This document shows positions 1-10,200 of a stretch of 32,000 bases of DNA, one piece after another. A program made the translations under genes and the position numbers. Positions within the stretch are counted from its first letter, which is position 1. Each line of letters begins with the position of its first letter. The notes below the pieces were generated by a model that worked only from the letters and a program-made list of their open reading frames with translations, was not told the DNA's origin and did not search any database. Origin of the DNA: Candidatus Thorarchaeota archaeon (GTDB taxonomy: Archaea > Asgardarchaeota > Heimdallarchaeia > Hodarchaeales > Hodarchaeaceae); the NCBI GenBank assembly GCA_048882505.1, contig JBHLRO010000010.1, positions 94,047-126,046 of the forward strand, in the 5' to 3' direction.

Positions 1-1
1 A

Positions 2-796
2 ATTGCAGAAATTCTAGGTGTGTCACAACCAGTGGTTTCCTCATACCTATCTGCTGAGGCTTCCAGTCCAATGATTTTCAAACAGGCTATTGAGGATTTA
101 GTAGAGAACTTGATGGTGGGGATCAAAGCAGAAACGCTCACTCCGATCGAACTCATGACTGCTACCTGCGAAGTGTGTCAAAAACTGCGGAGCGCGGGGC
201 CGCTTTGCGATGTTCATAGAAAACAGGGAAATCTTGATTTTCCAGTTGGGTGTGACCTCTGTTTTCCCTCACAAGAACAGTCACTGACCTTCAGTAAAAA
301 TCTGCAAGCCACTATCGAATTATACGAAGCCGCACAGCGGCTCATTGGCGCTGGAAGAAAATTTGGGGAAATTATCCCTGAAATTGGATGTCAATTCATC
401 TACACGGTCAATAAGGAAAGCATTGGGTTTCCAGGTCGAATTGTTCGGGTGAAAGGTCAAGGAAGAATTGTCTCCCCACCCGAGATTGGCCAGGGACCTA
501 CTCTTGCCAAAATCCTACTCTTTTTTCACCAACATGGTTCACCATTTCAAAGCTTAATCTCCTTGAAATCGAAAGGTAAAATATTGGACAAAGTTGCTGA
601 CATGGTCATAGAGCGTACAGTTGAAGGAGACAAAGATTGGACCAAGACTTTAAGCCAAATTCCCAAAGAAAAAGTTCGAAATATCCATGGGATTGCTGAT
701 ACAGGGGGGATCGGTCTTGAACCTATATTATATTTATTTGGTCACACACCAGCAAAATTGGCTTCCTTGATCTTGGAACGATTTTGTGAGGATTAG
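2..796 (+). CDS. thiR: 5'-truncated HTH + ThiN-domain transcriptional regulator (ThiR-like, archaeal)
   Basis: The frame is open from position 2 and reads IAEILGVSQPVVSSYLS, an XRE-type HTH recognition helix, so the GTG at 20 is an internal Val and the true start lies upstream. A C-x2-C-x9-C-x2-H-x11-C-x2-C cluster follows (167..262). Then come ThiN (thiamine-phosphate synthase) domain motifs: IIPEIG, FPGRIVRVKG, PPEIG and DTGGIGLEPILYLFG. HTH plus ThiN is the architecture of archaeal ThiR. The symbol denotes the family only; orthology is unverified. Confidence 0.8.
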   Translation: MAEILGVSQPVVSSYLSAEASSPMIFKQAIEDLVENLMVGIKAETLTPIELMTATCEVCQKLRSAGPLCDVHRKQGNLDFPVGCDLCFPSQEQSLTFSKNLQATIELYEAAQRLIGAGRKFGEIIPEIGCQFIYTVNKESIGFPGRIVRVKGQGRIVSPPEIGQGPTLAKILLFFHQHGSPFQSLISLKSKGKILDKVADMVIERTVEGDKDWTKTLSQIPKEKVRNIHGIADTGGIGLEPILYLFGHTPAKLASLILERFCED

Positions 797-1180
797 GGGT
801 CTTATTAGGATTAAGGGATAGAATGTATGGTGCTTGATAAGGTCAGGCCCCCATAAGATAGAATCCCCCTCTGTTTTCACCTGGGCATACCTCTTCCATT
901 GGACTTCATCGTTCCTGTATGAATTCGAAGATTAGGGGGCCATTCTCCCATCTGAGGCTCCCGCTTCAATTTAGAAACTGCTAAAAAGATAGAGATCAGA
1001 AATTCTTCTTAATTGATTCCAAAGAAACGTTCGAAAGAGGGTCGTGCCAAAAGCTTTCACCTGCTGAACCCGCCTTTAAGGTGTAAATCCGTGCGAAATA
1101 CGTTGTCAGGAACTTGGCTATGTTCCTTGCAGCTTGTGTTCAACGGTAATCCAAGACATTTCGCTGCTTGACGTTTTCTT

Positions 1181-1185
1181 GAGGT
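1181..1185 (+). promoter_or_regulatory. Putative Shine-Dalgarno-like site for the giant ORF
   Basis: GAGGT lies 7 nt upstream of the ATG at 1193 (gaggt-aaaatat-ATG). Confidence 0.45.
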
Positions 1186-1192
1186 AAAATAT

Positions 1193-1282
1193 ATGCCAAA
1201 ATTAATCAAAAAGACTCATTCTTATCTTTTCAAAGGCCTAGTGATTTTCTCCCTTGTTCTACTTTTAGGCTCGTTTCACGCT
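1193..1282 (+). other. Signal peptide / N-terminal anchor helix of the giant protein
   Basis: MPKLIKKTHSYLFK is a basic n-region, followed by GLVIFSLVLLLG (h-region) and SFHA. Whether it is cleaved is uncertain. Confidence 0.8.
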
Positions 1283-4200
1283 CTCGAACCGAGTAATTCA
1301 TTATATCCTGTAACCAACATCTTCAGTTTTGGTACAAAGGGCCCTATAAGTGATGGGATCGATAATCATACTTTCATTTCCGAGACAGGGAGGCAGGTTC
1401 ATGAAATCACTAGTTCGACTCCTGCCTATAAAATTCGGCTTATTTTTCCAGTTCCTGGGGAATCCGCGGATTTTTTAACGCTTCGTCTTAAGGCCCGATA
1501 TACTGAGGAATTCACAAACCTAATCCGTTGGAACCAAAATAAAAACGTCAGTATCAGCGTTTTTCCGTTTGAATCATCAATCATGGATGGCATCAATCAG
1601 TCAGTTCAGGTATTAGATGCCATGGAATTATATTGGGGAACAACCATCAAATTTCCATTCAATAATACGGCGTTAGAAGGACGAGATTATTTTGAGATTG
1701 CGTTTTTCATGTGGAACAGAACTAGCGTATTAACAGGACTGCAATTCGAAGACATTACGTTCAAAAACACCCCTACTCCCCTTTCGGGTCAAAATAACCT
1801 TCTCATGGGTTTCCTATCCACCTCGGCCGTCTGTTTGTGGATTGCGTTTCCCAATAGATTTTCACCACTTGTAGCTTGTTTTATAATGATTGCTCTAGTT
1901 ATTGTCCCTCTCACCTTGACGCTCCAAACAATTCGTTTTCTTGACAATGTAGAGAAAACTGAAGCAGGAGTTTCGAGATTTACCTTTTTTGGACGCGTTT
2001 ACGAGCAAAGAGATCTCGGAAATGGGTTGTTTTCACTTCGAATGGTCAAAGATCTTTCTCGGGCTTTTGAATTACAGGCCTTATCAGGAACAGGTGATAG
2101 CGACATCTATCCTGGAGTCTTTAAAGATGAGACGGTCTCACAGGAACTTCAAGGAATTGAGACTGTTTTTCTTCAGCCAATTATGGATTCCACGGACTCA
2201 ATAGATTCACCTGTAACTTATGGTTCGCAGTTTACTCCCCTCCTTCCGCGTTATAAGTTTAGTGATATCACTGGTAATCCGGGATGGTGGAATACTAGTT
2301 ACAAGTATGTTAGACAAGTAAATATTACCGCTAATTCTGCATTAGACACAAATTACACAGTTCAGGCTGATTTGGATACATCAACTCCTGTAACCGCCTC
2401 AAAAATGCGAGCCGACGGGAAAGATCTTCGTGTTGCTTATTATAATCAAACAGATTCGACCTGGTACGAACTGGATCGTGTTATCCTAAATAATAATTCA
2501 CAAAAAACTGCTGTTTTCTTCCGTCTTCAAAAAGCAGTTTCAGCTAGTAGTTCAGACAATAACTACGCGATTTTCTATGGTGTTCAGGGTAATCCAGGAA
2601 TTCCACCTAACTCTACGAACAAGATCTTTCTCGATAATGATGACTTTTCTAGTAAGAACTTGAACAATTATAACCTGGCTACGAATTGGGCGGCAGCCCT
2701 AGACACTTCTAAGCCAACAAATATAGGATGGTGGATCACTGAGGACATCGCACTTCATTCTGGTGGTACTAACGATTATTTAAACAGATCAAACCTTTTG
2801 ACGACCAACAATGAAATCATTGTCTTAGGAAAGTTAACAACCAGTGGTGGGACGAAAACATCGATTGAACTTAGGTCCAACGCCTCCCCATCCGACGACC
2901 TCCGGATCACTCATCTGTCTTCATCGCCCTATCTACGGCTTGAACGCTATAATGGTACAATCTACACACTTAGTTCTACAACAGGAAGTTTTTCAACCAC
3001 CACCTGGTATTTATACAAATTTAACTTCGTAGGAGATACTATGAAAGCCCGTGTATGGGAAGCGGGTCAAGACGAGCCGTCAACGTGGAACCTAACTTAT
3101 ACAGCAAGCTCTGGAGACAACTTTCCCTCAAATGGACATCTTTTGTTCAAATCGAATGGAGGAATGGAGATCGGAATGTGGGCACTTCGAGCGGGACTGA
3201 GTAATGATCCTGCTGTAACGGTCGATCTGGAGCAGCAAGAACTGGTTAAAATCACAGATATTCAAATCCAGAATACTGAATATAACGGGTCACGTTACTG
3301 GGACAACAATGACGGTTCTGCCGATGATTTCATTCGGATTAAAATTACCGCAGTTTGGAATGTGACAGGTGATCCATATCTGGGGGAACTCTCCGTAGGC
3401 CATAGCCTAAACCCCACCTACTTTGGAAGTACCTCAGGAAATGTCGGGGGTACCACCACAATCGATGTGGAGGAAAATCCAATTGGCTCGGTGACTACAT
3501 TTGATGGCATCACTGTGGGTGCAGCTATTGTGGGTCCTAACAATCCCTTTGGAACTGATGTTTATTTGGATCCAGGCTTAACCTTCTCCGATATTGGCTG
3601 GGATGCTGCCGAACCTACTGGGGGAAGTTGGTCTACCGATTTTGACACTACTGACAATACTGGGGATGGATTTACTCCTTATGGGGCTGGGTTTGGCATC
3701 TATGATGCGTTTTACGATGATGCTGCATATACCGCGGATGCGTCGGGATGGAGTGACGGAACGGGTGCTGGAATCCTCGAGTATTATATCAAAAGTTCAG
3801 CGGGGAATCTTGGCCCTGCTGATGCAGACGGCGTAGATGTGAGTACCACATTACCTGCCGAGGGTGTTCATAACATTCAGTATGCCATCCAAGATCAAGT
3901 CGGAAACTGGGCGAATGGCAGTGCGATTATTAACGTTTACTATTCAACGGCGGCCCCCAGTGGATTCACTGTAGATATTAACGGGACAGGAAGTTGGACT
4001 CCGACCACTCCATCATATGCGTGGATCTCTAATCCTACTGCCATCACCTCGGGGACACTCTACCTTGGCCAGGCAGGGAATTCCATCTGGAACATCACCG
4101 TCAATGAAGGTACATGGAATGCCGGTGGTGCCTGGCAAGTCATTTTTGAATCGGGCTGGGGCGGAACTGAAGTCAGTGATACGGCCGCTCCCTATTATTC

Positions 4201-7200
4201 CGCGAATTATCACTCAAACACGAACGCGGAAGCCGATATCAACACATTCATCGTTAATCGTAATGGAGTCGTCTCAACCATCACGATTCGCACTCTCTCG
4301 GACACATCCGCTCCAGAAATGGCCTCTATCAGCGTTACTGGTGACTCTCCGATACCTGGTTATTCTGATTGGGACCAGGATGGAGCAGGGTTCAGTATCG
4401 ATCGGGCTACAATTACTGAAAAGGGCGATTTTGGGCTTGCCATAAATGCCTCTAATTCCGAGACTTTTGCAAATTACCGTTATATGGGAGGCACATCGCC
4501 TAGTACAGCAATCACGGTCACTCATCTTTGGATTCGTACCACAGGATCAGGTACCGCTGCTGTAGCCCTGTATACAGGAGGGACATTGTCCAATCCGACT
4601 ACAGCGACGAAGCAAGCCGAAGCGTTCAATGTAGCGGTGTCAGCAGGATGGAATCGTATTGATATCCCAGACACTCTAGTCTCTGCAGATGCCATCGTCT
4701 GGATGAGCGTGGCATTAGATACCGGGCTTTACTATGCAACGTCTGGGAACGGATTGAAGGGAGACTGGCAGGAGTCACGAGGCCGCTGGAGTCAATCGGG
4801 TGGATCTGATCCAACTCAGGCATCGCCCAATAATCCAGGATCAGGAAGTTTTGCTCCTGCCTGGTACAACATGTATATGGAATATGACGGCGGGGCAGGA
4901 GGCAACCAAGCGGTTTATGATGTGGATAATAGTAATCCGAGCTTCGATCTATCCAGTAATGATCCGTATACTTATCCCGTCGATGTCGGCGCCGACGGGA
5001 CGTATACTTTTTATGCAGTCGCGGTCGATCGAGTCGGAAACAAGGGGATTGTTCGCTCTGATCTCGGGTTTGTTGACGAGACCGACCCAATCCTCGGAAC
5101 GACCTCGTTCACCGATGCCGACTATACCAATGCCACTCACGATTATTATGATCAAGGAGTTCGTGCTACTGCTACTTATCGGATCCCTTTTACTGAAACA
5201 AATGTGTTTAATATCACTGTTGTAGACATCATTAATGCTGCAGATCGTGCCTCTGATGCGGCGGCAGGTCAAACGAGTCCGTTCGATTCAACCATCAGTT
5301 TGTCCAATCTGTTTAGCGATGGGGAGTATACGATTACAATCACCATTACTGACAAGGTTGGTCGAACAGATACCACTGTTACTGGGGGGCCGACTTCGAT
5401 ATTCCTAGATAACACTGATCCCGTTCTGACCGATGCTCTCTCCAGCTTCGAGGAAACCTCTGGCGAGATAACAAAAGTCTATGGACTTCCTGGATCCGAA
5501 CTATTTTATTTTGCCAATTCGTTTACTGGTGGAGCGATTATCCGGCTCTACGCCACGGGCACCGATAGCGGCTCAGGCGTTCGGGGCATCGATTTTGGGG
5601 TCTTCGGGGCAGATAATCCCGCCGAAGATACGGTCTCACCCTATCGGGGCCAGTATACCATCAATAATGATGATGTTTCAGGCACCATTACGGTCACGAT
5701 CTATGATAAGGTGGGCAATTCCGACTCGGGAATCATAACGGCAACTGAAGATGCTGCTAATCCTAGTATCAGTCTATCTGGGGAAACAGAAAGCAGTACC
5801 TTCCTGTATGCAGCTTACGGCGACAATACACAGGGAGTCTATGGTTCTTTGATGGGTACAACCCAGGGATATACCATTAGTGGAACGGCGTCTGATGCCA
5901 CTGCTGGCCTACTTTCACTGAGTGATAACACCACTTTCGGTGATAATCCCAGTAATACAGGTTCCTTGAGCAATTGGCAGTTTATTTACACGATCGATAC
6001 CGCGGATAACGGCGATATAGTAGTTGTCTATACTGCAACGGATAACGTGGGTAATAACAATACTGTAACCTATACGTTTTACGAGGATAACTCTAATCCG
6101 CTAATAACTGATCCAATGTCTATCTATCAGGAATCTGGGGATACAGGAGAAGTTTATGGCGATATCGGTAGCGATGTGTTCTATTTCTCGAATTCATTCA
6201 GTACTTTTGCCACTGTAACGTTTACAGCAACTGGCCTGGAAGCTGGCAAGGCAGGGATCAGGGGGATCGACTTTGGGTCATTTGGTTCTGACGATCCTGG
6301 AGAAGATACTAGTGCTCCCTTTACAGGACAATATACGATAAATGGTGCGGATTTAGCTGGATCTATCACGGTTACGATTTACGACAACGTCGGAAACAGC
6401 GGTTCTGATACAATTACCTGCACGGAAGACGCCGCACCCCCCACGATTAGTATCACAGGGGAGACAGAGAGTAGCGCCTACCTTTATGCAGGCTATGGTA
6501 CCGTCAAAGAAGGAGTTTACGGATCTGGCATGGGATCGTTACAGAGCTATACGATTAGCGGAACTGCGTCCGATGCGGATGCAGGACTTCTTTCAATCAC
6601 AGATGATCAATCTTTCGGTAACGATCCTTCCAATAGTGGTACGAATAGCAGCTGGTCTTTTGTGTACCAGATAGATGCTGCCGATAGTGGAAATGTCGTC
6701 ATTACTTATACCGCGACTGACCTGGTTGGAAATACTGCAACTGATGCCTATACATTTAATGAGGATAATACTAATCCCTCCATTACTGTCACCCAAGCGG
6801 CAAGCGCCACTAATGAATCCTCTATCTTCCTATATTATGATAATGTATCCGCATTCGGCTATTACTCACCCAATATGCTTGGAGTTTTACAAACCTTCAA
6901 TGTGGGAGGTACCGCATCTGATGCGTCAGGCCTAGCATCTGTTACAGATGACACCACTTTTGGTAATAATCCTGCAAGAAGTGGATCCTTAACCAGTTGG
7001 TCGTTTGGTTACCAGATAGACGACGGAGACGCAGTTTATGGCACTTTTACTGTTACGTATACGGCTACAGACAACGTCGGGAACACTTTCACAGATTCAT
7101 TCCAATTCATATTTGATAACACCAATCCCACTGTTTCCGTGGACACAGCATACATTCTCGATGGCGGTTCTCCCTATCTCCATTGGGATGGAGTAGGAAG

Positions 7201-10200
7201 TAAAATCTGGTATGGCGACGATATGCCCAGCGGGCAATCGCTTACCGTGGGAATTGATGCGGCAGATGCTTCATCGGGCTTAGACTATGCCATAGCCGCA
7301 AATCATTTCGGAGGTACAGCGGCTCAACTAACGGATGATACAGAAGACACCAACGGAGGACGTACGTACGACGTACCTGTTGTTGATATCAACGCAACAG
7401 ACACTTGGACGGGAAGCTTTGGAATTACCGTTTATGATAATGTCGGAAATAGTTTACAAACCACAGTTGATATCAGTCGGGACACCGGAATTCCCTCTAT
7501 CAGTGTGACAGGGGAAATCGAAAGCAGCGTTTACCTTTACGCTGGATACGGAACAACCAAACAAGGAGTTTACTCTGGTTCTGGCATGGGCTCAATTCAA
7601 AGCTTCACTATTAGTGGTACCGCCTCCGATGCTTCCTCGGGGCTCTATTCCATAACTGATAATTCCGCGTTTGGTGACGATCCTATTAATACAGGATCGA
7701 ATGCGAGTTGGTTGTTTTTATATCAGATAGATAGTGGAGATAACGGGGATGTAACCATTGCTTATACTGCGACTGATTTAGTGGGAAACACAGCTGGTGA
7801 CACATACACATTTTTCGAGGATGGTACTAATCCCACCTTAACCGATAATATGTCCGCGTATGCGGAATTTGTTGACACAACGGAGGTTTATGGGGTCACT
7901 GGAACTGACACTTTCTACTTCTCAAACTCCTTTTCGTCCTCAGCCACCGTCGAGTTCACGGCTACGGGTTTCGATACTGGATATGCAGGAGTTCGAGGTA
8001 TCGATTTTGGGACCTTTGGCGGAGACAATCCTGTGGAAGATACAAGTGCGCCGTACATAGGTCAGTATACCATTAACAATGTGGATAGCTCAGGTTCTAT
8101 TACCGTAACGATTTATGACAATGTCGGAAATAATGACTCTGGTACTATCACCTGTATCGAGGATGCCACCAATCCCTCGCTCTCTGATCCTATGTCCGCA
8201 TACACCGAAGATTCGGGTGATATAGCTGATGTCTATGGAGTCATTGGGACAAACACATTCTACTTTTCCAATACAATTCCTACCTCAGCCATGGTCACCT
8301 TTACCGCAACAGGATCGGACACGGGAGGGGCTGGAGTTCGTGGGATCGATTTTGGTTCTTTTGGCGGAGACGATCCAACGGAGGATACCAGTGCTCCTTA
8401 TCAAGGTCAGTATACACTTACTAATGCTGATGCTACAGGAGCTATTACCGTAACAATCTATGATAACGTAGGTAACCCAGGGTCCGCCACAATTACTTGT
8501 ACCGAAGATAGTACCAATCCATCATTGTCTGATGCTATGTCGGCTTATTCCGAGGATGCTGGGGATACTGCAGATGTTTTTGGCAATGAAGGAACAAATC
8601 TTCTCTATTTTTCCAATACCATCCCAACATCTGCAACCGTTACATTCACTGCTACCGGATCCGATGCAAGTTCTGGGGTACGAGGTATAGATTTTGGAGT
8701 ATTTGGAGAGAATCCTGCTGAAGATACATCAGCTCCTTATACAGGAACTTATATAATCGATAACAGCGATACGTCTGGCTCAATCACAGTTACTATCTAT
8801 GATAATGTGAACAATTCTGCTTCAGGCACAATCACGTGCACTGAAGATAGTACCAGTCCATCATTGTCTGATGCTATGTCGGCCTACAATGAGATTAGCG
8901 GTGAGGATACTGATGTTTATGGACTGATAGGGAGTAACACCTTCTATTTTTCAAATTCATTTTCGACCTCCGTCACAATTAATTTTACTGCCACTGGGTC
9001 TGATAGCGGCTCAGGCGTTCGCGGCATCGATTTTGGCACATTTGGGGCTGACAATCCTGTTGAGGATAATACCGCTCCCTATGAAGGAACTTATGTTATT
9101 GATAATGCCGACACTTCGGGATCAATCACTGTGACCATCTACGATCAAGTCAATAACTTCGCTTCGGCCACTATAACGGCCACCGAAGATAGCACCAATC
9201 CGACGCTCTCGGATCCTATGTCTGCATATTCTGAAGATGCAGGAGATCTTGGAGATGTGTATGGGATTATCGGGAGCGATACCTTCTACTTCTCTGACTC
9301 CTTTACCTCTTCTGCAACTGTCACATTCACTGCCACTGGTTCTGACGCAGGCGGTGCTGGCCTCAGAGGACTTGATTTTGGGATATTTGGTGGAAATGAT
9401 CCTATTGAAGATCCAAGTGCCCCATTTACTGGCCAGTATGTAATTGACAATGCGAGTAGCAGCGGATCAATCCAGGTTGTGATCTATGACAATGTCAATA
9501 ATTCCAATATTGGAACCATTACCTGCATTGAAGACGCAATCAATCCCTCGGGGATTATTTTAAGCAGCTATTTAGATTTGGATGATAATACAGGGGATGG
9601 CTACGTCCCTAGTGATGGAACTGGCACCAATACCGAAGCTTTTTACGATGAAGCTACTTTCATCGCAGATGTTTCCGTCACTGAAGCAGGTTCGGGAATT
9701 CTTTCTCTGCAATTAAAACGACTCGGCGGATCATACGGCACCAATGTCCCTTCGGGAACCAATGTTGATGCTACTCTTGCACTGGGAAACAATTCCATTT
9801 ACTATATGATAATTGATAACGTGGGAAACAACGCCACTGGTTTTGCAAACGTAGATGTCTTTTATTCAACTGCAGCTCCTACTGGTATGGACATTGATAT
9901 AACAGGCACAGGATTATGGAGCAAAACAAGTCCCAGTTATGCATGGATCTTTGATTCTACCGATATTACCTCCGGAACGCTATATCTGGGAAATGTAGGG
10001 AATACAAATTGGGGTATTGTTATGGATGGCTCCGGGAACTGGAACGCTGGGGGTGAATGGAAAGTCATTTTTGAAGCAGGCTGGGGTCAGGCCACCGATA
10101 TTACAGACACAACACCTTCCTTTAGTACAGGCAATGTATATTCCTCCAATATAGGAGCAGAGGCGGATATTTGGGTGGATATTGTAAATCGAAACGGGAT

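Noticed and set aside
20-22. GTG at 20 as the start of the first gene
   Set aside because: The frame is open further upstream and the codon sits inside the HTH motif (IAEILGVSQ), so the gene is 5'-truncated.
1071-1090. TTTAAG as an archaeal TATA box
   Set aside because: It is a poor match with no purine-rich BRE upstream, so it cannot be supported without TSS data.
2090-2260. Shared DIY...PR(Y/F) words in the linkers of the giant ORF and the downstream ORF (31640..31710) as a common cleavage signal
   Set aside because: The words are very short and their spacing differs (about 47 versus 21 aa), so chance is the simplest explanation.
4418-4885. The 156-aa insertion as an intein or mobile element
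   Set aside because: It starts with Glu and ends with Tyr, has no C/S start or HN/HQ end and no LAGLIDADG or transposase motifs, and shows no flanking target duplication.
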